A stretch of DNA of 62,910 bases, filler included, from a bacterium (GTDB taxonomy: Bacteria; JBBIVP01), in the NCBI GenBank assembly GCA_037439705.1. It is 3 parts of 3 records of this genome, joined end to end, with 100 filler letters (N's around TTAATTAATTAA, not from the genome) between each part and the next. Parts side by side here need not be neighbours in the genome. Positions count along the whole stretch, not along the records: positions 21,545 to 42,214 come from JBBIVP010000014.1; 2 more parts are not named here. One strand, given 5' to 3'. Shown one piece after another: positions 28,858 through 38,293 of this stretch; position 1 is the stretch's first letter; the number at the start of each line of letters is the position of its first letter. The notes beneath the pieces were generated by a model that was given only the letters and a program-made list of their open reading frames with translations, was not told the origin of the DNA and ran no database searches. The position numbers and the translations under genes were made by a program.

Positions 28858-29663
28858 GCCCTCTTCTGTAAGAGTCCCTTTAGAATTTTCAATGTTTCCT
28901 CTGCAGCCTTCTTTCCTGAAAGAAGCATGCCACCGAAAGTGGGACCCATTCGGGGTAAACCATAAGTTGTTGAAACCGCCATTCCGCATACTACAAGTCC
29001 AGGATGAACCTCTCCGGTGTGCTCAACAATCAGGTCTTCGGAAAGATCAACCCACATGCCACCCATTCCACCTGTCTTAAGGATTCCTCTTTCCTCAAGT
29101 TTTTTTACAACAAATGCATCATGTCCTGTCGCATCAATGACAATTTTTGATTCAAGAGCAATTGGATCAACACATGTTATTTCCCTTGGGAGCGCTGTTA
29201 CAGGCGTCCAGTTCACAACAACTCCTGCCACCCTGTTTCCTTCCCTCAAAACAACATCGTCAAAAACTGTCATATTTGCAAATTTCACACCTGCATCGCA
29301 GGCAGAAGCAATGAGTTTTGAGCAGGCATGAGGACCATCCGCGGTATATAAACCTTCTGTGTATTTCTGATAGGGGACATTTAATTCATCAAGAATCCTC
29401 TCAGCCGGACTCCTCACCGTGATTTTATTCATAAGATATCCTCCTATCCAGAATCCACCACCGAGGTAGTTGTTTCTTTCCACAATAAGAACCTTCAAAC
29501 CCTTTTCAGCCAGTTCCTTTCCTGCCATCAATCCGCTCGGACCCGCTCCAACGATTATTACATCGCTTTCCACATACTCACTGAACTGGGTGGCAAATCC
29601 GTTTATAATAGCCCTTGTTACATCTTTCTCTCCAACCATTGAAAAAATTTTCTTCTTTTCCAT
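28854..29663 (-). CDS. thi4: Thi4-family thiazole synthase (Cys-containing type)
   Basis: [42 protein letters not shown]. Confidence 0.95.
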   Translation of the reverse strand: MEKKKIFSMVGEKDVTRAIINGFATQFSEYVESDVIIVGAGPSGLMAGKELAEKGLKVLIVERNNYLGGGFWIGGYLMNKITVRSPAERILDELNVPYQKYTEGLYTADGPHACSKLIASACDAGVKFANMTVFDDVVLREGNRVAGVVVNWTPVTALPREITCVDPIALESKIVIDATGHDAFVVKKLEERGILKTGGMGGMWVDLSEDLIVEHTGEVHPGLVVCGMAVSTTYGLPRMGPTFGGMLLSGKKAAEETLKILKGLLQKRA

Positions 29664-29687
29664 CTTTTCTTCTCCTTTTTATAAAAA

Positions 29688-29715
29688 ATTATACTCCTTT
29701 CCCCCTTTAAATCAA
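29688..29715 (-). promoter_or_regulatory. Putative sigma70 promoter for thi4-thiC
   Basis: Minus strand TTGATT, 16-bp spacer, TATAAT, ~25 nt upstream of the ATG. Confidence 0.55.
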
Positions 29716-29811
29716 ATGACCCCCGAATCTAAAATTGCTCCTCTGATAAAAAATTTGCTAAAGTATAAAGAATTTTTGGAAAATTAATTATATGAAGTGT
29801 AAAATTATTTT

Positions 29812-31429
29812 GTGGCTGGGAAAGCTAAAATATTAATGAGTAAGAGGTTACAATATGAATGCCCTGTATGCGGAAAATCACTTGATGGTTCTTTAGGAGA
29901 GCATATTCGTTCTCTACACGGGGAAGAGGAATTCAAACAAGCATTATTAAAAGCAAAAGAAAAAGGACTTCCTGACCATGAAATTGGTGTATTATTTGGA
30001 ATTACATTCAGACAACTGGAAGAAATTATAACTAGCACATACGGAATAAACATCTCAGTTCTTAAAAAACCTAAAAAAATAAAATACTGGGAACCCAAAA
30101 ATTTTAAAGAAGAAACAACGACTGTCTGGAGCTATAAACAACGAGGAAACTGGGCAACCCATGATGGAAGGTACAGAGGAAATTGGTCACCTTATATCCC
30201 TCGGAATGTAATTCTGAAATACTCTAAACCCGGTGATGTTGTTTTAGATTACTTTGTGGGAGGAGGAACTACTGCGGTTGAAGCAAAATTACTTGGCAGA
30301 AAATGTATAGGTATAGACATCAATCCCGCATGTGTGCGTTTAACTATGGAAAATTTAAATTTCACACCTCCGCAGACACTCTTTCCCTATCCTATATACG
30401 AACCCGATATAAGAGTAGGAGAATGCGAGGTTCTTATCAGGCATACCTAACAATAGCATAGACCTGATCTGTGCACATCCTCCTTATGCAGGGATTATTA
30501 ATTACAGTTCCGGTGTTGATGGAGACCTGTCAAAGCTCAGCGTTGAAGATTTTTTAAATGAAATGAAAAAAGTAGCGGCTGAAAGTTATCGTGTTCTTAA
30601 GCCCGGCAAAAAATGTGCGATACTTATTGGAGATACCAGAAAGCATAAGCATGTGGTTCCAATTGGATTTCAAATAATCAATATCTTTTTAGAAGCTGGC
30701 TTCAAATTAAAAGAGCTGGTGATTAAACGCCAGCATAACTGTAAAACCACAGGGTTCTGGTATGAAAAAAGCATAAAATATAATTTTCTTCTTCTTGCTC
30801 ATGAATATTTGCCAATTTTTGAAAAACCTGAATTCTCAGCCCCTTTTTCAGGAAGAGAAGATAGTGGAGGTTATAGTGGGAGTATGGTTTCTATCCATGA
30901 AAAACCTGTATTAAAAAAGTTAAATAAATTTGAAACCACTACAGTATGGATATTTCCTGAAAAAGAGTTTGAAGAAAGACTAAACACAAATGTAATTGAG
31001 AGATATTCTGGTGGAAGGGAATATTCAACCATTGTTTTAACTACCCACTCCAATAATAAAACAATCTCTTACAAGAATAATGGAAAAAAGAAATTGCAAT
31101 TACTTTTTATTAAGTTACCATTTTTAAAATCAGCTTCCTCCCATTGGGACATTGAACATTATTTAATGGAAACAAAAGGAATTGTGGAAAGAAATTTACA
31201 GAATATCAACAAAGGAGGATTCTTGGTCATTCAAACTCAAGATGTAAGGATGAATGAGTATATCCAGCCACTTGCTAAACGAATAATAGATATATTGCGA
31301 TTTGATAATTTGTGGCTTAAAGAGATCATAGTGGCTATAAAAGAAGGAACGAATTTACATATCCAACACTTTGAAAAAGAACTAAGAATAGTTCATCAAT
31401 ATCTTCTTGTTTATGAGGTAAAAAAGTGA
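29812..31429 (+). pseudogene. DNA amino-methyltransferase (HPPY) with an N-terminal zinc finger; frameshifted at ~30422
   Basis: CPVC...H..H; TTVW, YRGNWSP, DYFVGGGT; removing one A from GGAGAATGCG restores VGDARFLSGIPNNSIDLICAHPPY, in frame with 30563-31429. Confidence 0.85.
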
Positions 31430-32006
31430 TAGAGCCTAAAATTGGTGAAGAATAGGGAAAGGGCAGATATCGGAAGAAAATTAGAGAAGTGTTTAAATTA
31501 TCAAATGGTTGGTATTTAATAAAAACAGATAATTCAAAATCTAAAGATGATTTTAAAGTGAAAGTAATTTTCTCATTACAACCATTACGGTCTATGACTC
31601 CTAAACACGCACATTTCGCCATCGATTTTTATGGAAAAGTATGCGCAAACAAAAAAAATCTAAAAAAGTCCTTCAAGCGATTATAAAAATGTGGAAAGGA
31701 GAAGATATAAAACAAATCTTATCGGAGTATAACCGGTTTACTCTTGACCTTCCAGGGTATTCGCCGGAATATATTCTCTATACCCTTAATTGGATTCTGG
31801 AACAAGAAGATCTCAATTTTTCAACCCGGCCTATAAAGAAACAAGAACAATTAAATGAAATTTGTAAGCAACAAAATATCCAATTGCTTCCTCAGAGAAA
31901 AGGAAATCACCTCGCAATTGCTTTATTATGCGACATTATGAACGGCACTCATCCTGTGGAAGCTCTCCTTAAAGCGAATTTGGACATAAAACCACGGGGG
32001 AAATAA
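31426..32006 (+). pseudogene. Disrupted ~190-aa partner gene of the methyltransferase (putative restriction endonuclease)
   Basis: GTG start overlaps the MTase stop; in-frame TAG at 31453-31455; frameshift at A8 (31651-31658) joins ORFs 31489-31686 and 31641-32006. The function is inferred from context only. Confidence 0.55.
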
Positions 32007-32069
32007 GGAATTATAGTATTCCCTCCTTCATCATAAAAGGCTTGTCCAAAACCTGAAAGGGAAATTTGC

Positions 32070-32097
32070 TTGACCAATAAAAAAAGTTTATTATTAT
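32070..32097 (+). promoter_or_regulatory. Putative promoter of the rpsF operon
   Basis: TTGACC, 16-bp spacer, TATTAT; RBS AGAGGTGA. Confidence 0.5.
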
Positions 32098-32123
32098 TTT
32101 ATCATTTAAAAAAGAGGTGATAA

Positions 32124-32411
32124 ATGAGAAGATATGAAACGATATATATAATCGACCCGGATGTGGGAGAGGATGTAATCCTTTCCACTGTTGAAAAATT
32201 TAACCAGATGATAAAAAATAGCGGTGGAGAGGTTTTTACTGTGGAAAGGCAGAGAAGAAAACTGGCTTATAAAATAAGGCACAAAACACAGGGAGAATAT
32301 GTTCGTATTGAATACATGGCTCCTCCCTCTTTCCCCAAAATTCTTGAAAACGCGATGAGACTTGATGAAAATGTGATGAGATTTATGACAACTCTGCTCA
32401 AAAAAAGATAG
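32124..32411 (+). CDS. rpsF: 30S ribosomal protein S6
   Basis: MRRYETIYIIDP, RKLAYKI, VMRFM. Confidence 0.95.
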   Translation: MRRYETIYIIDPDVGEDVILSTVEKFNQMIKNSGGEVFTVERQRRKLAYKIRHKTQGEYVRIEYMAPPSFPKILENAMRLDENVMRFMTTLLKKR

Positions 32412-32428
32412 GTAAAAGGAGGTAATTT

Positions 32429-32692
32429 ATGGAAGTGAAAACAAGGGTATTTACAAGAAAAAAGAAGGAATGCAGATTTTGCAAGGAGAATATACCTTTG
32501 TCATCACTCAACTATAAAGAAAAAGAAAGAATGTTGATGGAGTTCATAAGCGAAAGGGCGAAAATTCTCTCAAGAAGGTTTACAGGAACATGTGCAAAAC
32601 ACCAGAGGCAGTTGAAAAGGGAAATAAAGAAGGCAAGAATCCTCGCTCTCCTTCCATTCACAACCCTTGGTAAAAAATATATAGAGGAGTAA
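32429..32692 (+). CDS. rpsR: 30S ribosomal protein S18 (Zn-ribbon form)
   Basis: [29 protein letters not shown]. Confidence 0.95.
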   Translation: MEVKTRVFTRKKKECRFCKENIPLSSLNYKEKERMLMEFISERAKILSRRFTGTCAKHQRQLKREIKKARILALLPFTTLGKKYIEE

Positions 32693-32693
32693 A

Positions 32694-33137
32694 ATGGAAG
32701 TCATTCTTCTGGAAGATGTAGAAGGACTGGGAAAGGCAGGGGAATTGAAAACGGTTAATGATGGATATGCCAGGAATTATCTTATACCAAGAGGACTTGC
32801 AGTAATAGCGGACAAAAAGAAGAAAAAGGACTTAGAACATAAAAAGAGAATGGTTGAGGAAATGCAGAAAAGGAAGCTGAAAACTGCGGAGGCTATCAAA
32901 AAAAGGCTTGAAGAACTTTCAATTACCATTACAGCGGTGGCAGGAGAAGAAGATAAACTTCACGGAGCCATAACCAAGGAAAAAATTGCTGAAGCAATAG
33001 CTGCTCAGGGAATTTCTATAAATAAGGACCAGGTCCTCCTTGATGAGCCCATAAAAACCCTTGGAATTTTTAATGTGAGGACCAAAATCCTGAAAGATGT
33101 TGAAGCCAATGTAAAGGTCTGGGTGGTAAGAAAATAG
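32694..33137 (+). CDS. rplI: 50S ribosomal protein L9
   Basis: MEVILLEDVEGLGKAG, GYARNYLIP, PIKTLG. Confidence 0.97.
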   Translation: MEVILLEDVEGLGKAGELKTVNDGYARNYLIPRGLAVIADKKKKKDLEHKKRMVEEMQKRKLKTAEAIKKRLEELSITITAVAGEEDKLHGAITKEKIAEAIAAQGISINKDQVLLDEPIKTLGIFNVRTKILKDVEANVKVWVVRK

Positions 33138-33141
33138 GGTT

Positions 33142-34563
33142 ATGGGTAATAAGAAGAAAAACCCTTTACCCGCAGATAAAATTCCTCCTCACAGCAATGA
33201 ACTTGAAAAATCCCTACTCGCATGCATGATGATTGACAATTCTGTTATTCCTGGGATACTGGATTTTATTCCAAAGGATTCCGAAGAAATATTCTACGAT
33301 GAAGCACACAGAAAAATTTTCAAAGCAATTTTAGAACTTTACGAAAAAAAGGCGCCTGTTGATACCCTTACTGTATCAGAACTTCTGAAAAGCAGAAACG
33401 AACTTGAAGAGGTGGGCGGAATTCCCTATATAACAGGACTGCTTGATGTGGCACCATCGGTCTCAAGCGCTGAAAGCTATGCATCCATGCTTAAAGAAAA
33501 GTTCCTTTTAAGAAAACTTATTGAAACTTCTTATGAGGTAATCTCGGAAGCCTACTCTGACCCACAGGATGTTCAGAGCTTTTTTGATAAGGTAGAACAC
33601 GAAGTTTTTTCGCTCACCCAGCAAACATACATTCCTCATTACTACAGCTCAAAACAGGTAATTGAAGAAACAATTGAGGGAATTGAGAAAAAATTCAGGG
33701 GGGAGGCTGTTCCCTACGGGATACCAACAGGTTTTATTGACCTTGACAATTACATAGCAGGATTTCATCCCGCAGAATTCATCATAATTGCTGGAAGGGC
33801 TTCAATGGGAAAAACCAGTTTCTGCTTGAATCTTATACAAAACATCAGTCTGAAGCAGAGAATTCCTGCAGGACTCTTTTCCCTTGAGATGTCAAGGCAT
33901 GAAATAATGCTCAGAATGCTCTGTTCAGAAGCAAAAGTAAATTCCATAAATGTAAAGAAGGGGATAATAAGTCAAAGGGACCTCACCGCCCTTTTGAGGG
34001 CTGCAAATGCACTCTCTCAAGCACCAATATACATAAACGATTCTTCAATAATCAACATAAATGAAATAAAAGCAATCTCAAGAAGGTTAAAAAAAGATAA
34101 AAATGTTGGAATAATTTTTATAGATTTTATCCAGAGCATAACGCCTGTGAGAAGGTATGATAGAAAGGACAGAGAGCTTGGAGATATATCAGGAGCATTA
34201 AAAGCGTTAGCAAAAGAACTCAATATACCGATAGTTGCCCTTTCCCAGCTTTCAAGGAGACCCGAAGAAAGGGAAGATGACCATCGCCCGAGACTTTCAG
34301 ATTTGAGGGAATCAGGAACCTTAGAGCAGGATGCTGACCTTGTCCTCTTTATATACAGGGAGGAATACTACAATCCCTGCGAGTGCCCTCAGGAAGAACC
34401 CTGTGTTTGCGGAAGAAGAGGGATAGCAGAAATAATCATAGGAAAACAGAGAAGTGGACCGGGTGGAAGGATAAAACTTATTTTTGATAGAAGGTTTACA
34501 AAATTTGAAAACCTTGCTCTTGAAGAGAGTGTGGAAGAAATGGACACGGATGTTCCATTTTAA
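33142..34563 (+). CDS. dnaB: Replicative DNA helicase
   Basis: [57 protein letters not shown]. Confidence 0.97.
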   Translation: MGNKKKNPLPADKIPPHSNELEKSLLACMMIDNSVIPGILDFIPKDSEEIFYDEAHRKIFKAILELYEKKAPVDTLTVSELLKSRNELEEVGGIPYITGLLDVAPSVSSAESYASMLKEKFLLRKLIETSYEVISEAYSDPQDVQSFFDKVEHEVFSLTQQTYIPHYYSSKQVIEETIEGIEKKFRGEAVPYGIPTGFIDLDNYIAGFHPAEFIIIAGRASMGKTSFCLNLIQNISLKQRIPAGLFSLEMSRHEIMLRMLCSEAKVNSINVKKGIISQRDLTALLRAANALSQAPIYINDSSIININEIKAISRRLKKDKNVGIIFIDFIQSITPVRRYDRKDRELGDISGALKALAKELNIPIVALSQLSRRPEEREDDHRPRLSDLRESGTLEQDADLVLFIYREEYYNPCECPQEEPCVCGRRGIAEIIIGKQRSGPGGRIKLIFDRRFTKFENLALEESVEEMDTDVPF

Positions 34564-34580
34564 TTGAAAAAAGTGGAAAA

Positions 34581-35459
34581 ATGATAGAGGCAAAACTTGA
34601 AGGAATTAAACTTCTTTTCAGGGGAAAGGTGAGAGATATCTATAAGGTGGAAGGGGGACTCCTTATGGTTGCAACGGACAGAATTTCAGCCTTTGATGTT
34701 GTAATGCCTAACCCAATTCCTGATAAGGGAAAAATACTTACCCTCATGTCCTTATGGTGGTTCAGAAAAACAGAAAACATTATAAAAAACCATGTAATCA
34801 CAGATGATGTGGAAAAATTTCCAGAAGAGGTAAGAAAATACAAAGAACTCTTAAAGGGAAGAGCCATTTATGTTAAAGAAGCCAAAACAATTCCTGTTGA
34901 ATGTGTGGTTAGAGGGTACTTATCCGGTTCTGGATGGAAGGATTATAAAAAAACAGGAGAGGTATGCGGAATAAAACTTCCCCCAGGGCTCCTTGAATCT
35001 CAAAAATTACCCGAACCGATATTTACTCCGGCCACAAAAGCAGAAAGAGGAGAACACGATATTAACATAACATTTAAAGAAGTAATTGATCTGGTGGGAA
35101 AAGAAACTGCGGAAAAATTGAGGGATGTATCATTAAAAATTTATAAGATGGCACATAACCTCGCTTATGAAAAAGGAATAATAATTGCTGATACAAAGTT
35201 TGAATTCGGAGTATATGACGGAGAAATAATCCTCATAGACGAACTCCTTACTCCCGATTCTTCAAGATTCTGGCCCCTTGAAGATTATGAACCCGGAAGA
35301 CCTCAGAAAAGTTATGATAAACAGTTCTTGAGGGACTATCTTGAAAGCATAGGCTGGAACAAAAAACCGCCTGCTCCAGAACTTCCTGATTATGTTATTG
35401 AAAAAACGAGAGAAAAATACATAACTGCATTGAAAAAAATCACAGGAATGGAAATGTGA
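34581..35459 (+). CDS. purC: SAICAR synthetase
   Basis: [45 protein letters not shown]. Confidence 0.97.
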   Translation: MIEAKLEGIKLLFRGKVRDIYKVEGGLLMVATDRISAFDVVMPNPIPDKGKILTLMSLWWFRKTENIIKNHVITDDVEKFPEEVRKYKELLKGRAIYVKEAKTIPVECVVRGYLSGSGWKDYKKTGEVCGIKLPPGLLESQKLPEPIFTPATKAERGEHDINITFKEVIDLVGKETAEKLRDVSLKIYKMAHNLAYEKGIIIADTKFEFGVYDGEIILIDELLTPDSSRFWPLEDYEPGRPQKSYDKQFLRDYLESIGWNKKPPAPELPDYVIEKTREKYITALKKITGMEM

Positions 35460-36076
35460 AGCTCTGGTATTTCATAGAAAAGGGAGGGATTTTCATGTAT
35501 CCAATTCTTGTCTGCTCAATTCTCTCCCTTGCCATATTTCTTGAAAAACTCTGGAGCACAAGAAAAAGAAGGATTGCTCCGAAAAACCTCATCAAAAGTC
35601 TTCGTTCCCTCATAAAAGATGGAAAAATTGATGAGGCAAAGGCAGTATGCGAAAATTCTGAAAATATTCTCTCAAAAATTCTTCTTTCCATTCTTCAGAG
35701 TGCAGAAAAACCCGAAGAGGTTTTGAAAGGGATAGCAGAGGATACTGGCAGGAGGGCTTTTCAAGAAATTGAAAGGTTCCTTGAAGGTATGGCAACAATT
35801 GCTTCGGTTAGCACCCTTTTAGGGCTCCTTGGAACAATCTCAGGAATGATAAAAATTTTTTCAGTGATTTCCTATCAGCAGGTTGTTGACCCGCCAAGTC
35901 TTGCAGGTGGAATTTCTGAGGCTCTTTACACCACCGCTGCTGGATTGAGCGTGGCAATTCCAACGATTGTAGGATACAAATTTCTTTCGGGAAGAATCTC
36001 AAGGCTTTCTCACAATCTTGAGACAACAGTGGAAGATTTTATAAAACTTCTGAAAAATGCCGAAAAAAAAGCATGA
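35456..36076 (+). CDS. MotA/TolQ/ExbB proton channel protein
   Basis: [41 protein letters not shown]. Confidence 0.92.
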   Translation: MKLWYFIEKGGIFMYPILVCSILSLAIFLEKLWSTRKRRIAPKNLIKSLRSLIKDGKIDEAKAVCENSENILSKILLSILQSAEKPEEVLKGIAEDTGRRAFQEIERFLEGMATIASVSTLLGLLGTISGMIKIFSVISYQQVVDPPSLAGGISEALYTTAAGLSVAIPTIVGYKFLSGRISRLSHNLETTVEDFIKLLKNAEKKA

Positions 36077-36440
36077 ACTGATTTTTCTTTTTTTATTTTC
36101 CTCCTGCGCCACATTAAACCAGAAAGAACTCTTCCAGAATGTGGAACAATTCAACCTCCTTATGAGGTGGAGAAGATTTGAGGATGCGTCCGCTTTTGTG
36201 GTGAAGGAAAAAAGAAATGAATTTCTTGAGCATTATGGAAAACTTGCTGAAAGGCTTTATTTTAACGAAATATCGGTGGTCTCAGCAGATATCAATGATA
36301 AAGAAAAATCTGCTTTAATAAAGGTCTCCGTCCTTTATTACATATATCCCGACATAGTTGAGAAAAGAAGTTTGATTGAACAGAAATGGGTATGGAAGGA
36401 TAAGGGTTGGTTCCTTACCGAAGGAATTTTCGTGAAGTGA
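36057..36440 (+). CDS. Hypothetical lipoprotein (NTF2-like fold possible)
   Basis: Lipobox-like LFSSC after a hydrophobic stretch; QKWVWKDKGW C-terminus. Confidence 0.65.
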   Translation: MPKKKHELIFLFLFSSCATLNQKELFQNVEQFNLLMRWRRFEDASAFVVKEKRNEFLEHYGKLAERLYFNEISVVSADINDKEKSALIKVSVLYYIYPDIVEKRSLIEQKWVWKDKGWFLTEGIFVK

Positions 36441-37204
36441 AGGGAGTAATTACGCTCACCACCGATTTTGGCACAAAAGATGAATATGTAGGAGTGATGA
36501 AGGGGGTGATTCTTTCAAGAAATTCTGATGCAAAAATAATTGATATAACGCATGAAATAGAGCCCTTCAATGTGGAGGAAGCTGCGATGATAATTGAAAG
36601 GGCATACAGATATTTCCATGAAAGAAGCGTTCACATTGCAGTTGTTGATCCTGGAGTGGGTGGAAAGAGAAAGGAGATAATAGTTTTTGCAAACGGACAT
36701 TTTTTTGTGGGGCCGGATAATGGAATTTTTTCGTTTCCATTAAAAAAGGCAAAAGGCGCGAAGGTCTGGGAAATAGAAAGGGAGAAACTCAATGTAAGTG
36801 AAATCTCATCCACCTTTCACGGAAGGGACATATTCGCTCCTTCTGCTGCCCTTTTAAGCCTCGGAGTTCATCCATCAAAAATAGGACGCCCCACCAACGA
36901 ATTCGTAATCATAAAGAGCCTCTTCCCCAAAGAAGAAGAAAATGAATTAAAAGGAAAAATAGTTTATTTTGACAAGTTTGGAAATGCTGTAACAAACATT
37001 CCAAATTCGTATGTGGAAGGAGATTTTATTGAATTGGAAGGAATCACTCTAAAATTCTCAGATTGCTATGAAGAAGGAGAAGGGGTTTTTGCAGTAAAGG
37101 GAAGCGGAGGTTTCGTTGAGATTTCATCAAAAATGAAGGATGTGAGAGAGGTTTTAGAAATTAAGAAAGGAAGTGAGGTCAGATGTCCGATGAAAAGAAA
37201 TTGA
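36437..37204 (+). CDS. SAM hydrolase/chlorinase-fluorinase (DUF62) family protein
   Basis: ITLTTDFG, VVDPGVG, GPDNG, STFHGRDIFAP, DKFGNAVTN; GTG at 36437 overlaps the upstream stop. Confidence 0.92.
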   Translation: MKGVITLTTDFGTKDEYVGVMKGVILSRNSDAKIIDITHEIEPFNVEEAAMIIERAYRYFHERSVHIAVVDPGVGGKRKEIIVFANGHFFVGPDNGIFSFPLKKAKGAKVWEIEREKLNVSEISSTFHGRDIFAPSAALLSLGVHPSKIGRPTNEFVIIKSLFPKEEENELKGKIVYFDKFGNAVTNIPNSYVEGDFIELEGITLKFSDCYEEGEGVFAVKGSGGFVEISSKMKDVREVLEIKKGSEVRCPMKRN

Positions 37205-37686
37205 GAGTTGGAATAGGATATGACATCCACCCTTTCGTTCCTGGAAGAAGGCTCATAATAGGAGGAATTGAAATAGACCATCCATTGGGACTTGAAGGAG
37301 TTTCGGATGCAGATGTCGTAATACATGCCCTCATTGACGCAATTCTTGGAGCAACTGCTCTCGGTGATATTGGAAAATTTTTTCCACCGGATGACCCTTC
37401 GTATAAGAACATCTCAAGCATTGAGCTGTTGAAAAGGGTTGCTGGAATAATAAAGGATAAAGGATTTAAGGTCTTGAATGCTGACATTATCCTAATCACA
37501 GAAGCACCGAAGATGACTGAGCACTCCGAAAAAATAAGAAACAAACTTTCAGAAATCCTCGGCATTTCCATTGAAGAAATTGGTTTCAAGGCAAAAACTT
37601 CTGAGGGAATAGGTCCACCAGGAAAGGGAATCTGTGCAGAGGCTTTTGCTGTGGTGCTTGTAGAAAAGGAGGTTCCATCCCTTTAA
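37183..37686 (+). CDS. ispF: 2-C-methyl-D-erythritol 2,4-cyclodiphosphate synthase
   Basis: RVGIGYDIH, SDADVVIHALIDAILGA, GDIGKFFP, KAKTSE. Confidence 0.93.
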   Translation: MSDEKKLRVGIGYDIHPFVPGRRLIIGGIEIDHPLGLEGVSDADVVIHALIDAILGATALGDIGKFFPPDDPSYKNISSIELLKRVAGIIKDKGFKVLNADIILITEAPKMTEHSEKIRNKLSEILGISIEEIGFKAKTSEGIGPPGKGICAEAFAVVLVEKEVPSL

Positions 37687-37717
37687 AAATCTTCATCTTT
37701 GTGCTATAAATTTTTTT

Positions 37718-38293
37718 ATGATTCTTCTCATTGACAATTACGACTCGTTTACCTATAACCTCTACCAGTATATTGCGGAAGAAGGAGAGGAAGTTTTTGT
37801 AAGGAGAAACGATGAGATAGAAATGGAAGAGGTTAAAAAACTCAATCCTGAAGGAATTGTGATTTCCCCGGGTCCATGTGGTCCCTCTCAGGCTGGAAAC
37901 TCTGTGAAACTGATCCAGACCTTCTACAAAGATTTCCCGATTCTTGGCGTCTGTCTCGGCCATCAATGCATTGCTTACGCCTTTGGTGGAAATGTGGTGA
38001 GAGCAAGAAGGATTCTTCACGGAAAAACATCCCTCATTACCCACGATGGAAATGGAGTTTTTGAGGGGGTTAAAAATCCGTTCGTTGCTACAAGATACCA
38101 TTCCCTCATAGTGGATGAAAAAACGCTTCCTGATGATTTCATCGTAACCGCACGGGCTGAACCGGATGAAGTGATGGGAATGAGGCACAGGATTTATCCT
38201 CTGGAGGGAGTTCAGTTTCATCCAGAATCCATCCTTACAGAAGAGGGGAAGAAAATTATAAGAAACTTTTTGAAAATATGTAAAAGGAAATGA
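37718..38293 (+). CDS. trpG: Anthranilate/aminodeoxychorismate synthase component II (glutamine amidotransferase)
   Basis: IDNYDSFTYNL, SPGP, GVCLGHQ, RYHSL, QFHPES; adjacent to trpD. Confidence 0.93.
   Translation: MILLIDNYDSFTYNLYQYIAEEGEEVFVRRNDEIEMEEVKKLNPEGIVISPGPCGPSQAGNSVKLIQTFYKDFPILGVCLGHQCIAYAFGGNVVRARRILHGKTSLITHDGNGVFEGVKNPFVATRYHSLIVDEKTLPDDFIVTARAEPDEVMGMRHRIYPLEGVQFHPESILTEEGKKIIRNFLKICKRK

Noticed and set aside
28858-28989. N-terminal extension of the 306-aa ORF into thi4
   Set aside because: The TTG at 28857 overlapping the thi4 stop fits the TTGA coupling seen elsewhere in the window (5935, 15891).
35456-36076. tonB, exbB and exbD as one locus
   Set aside because: The three genes lie on three different contigs, so linkage cannot be inferred.
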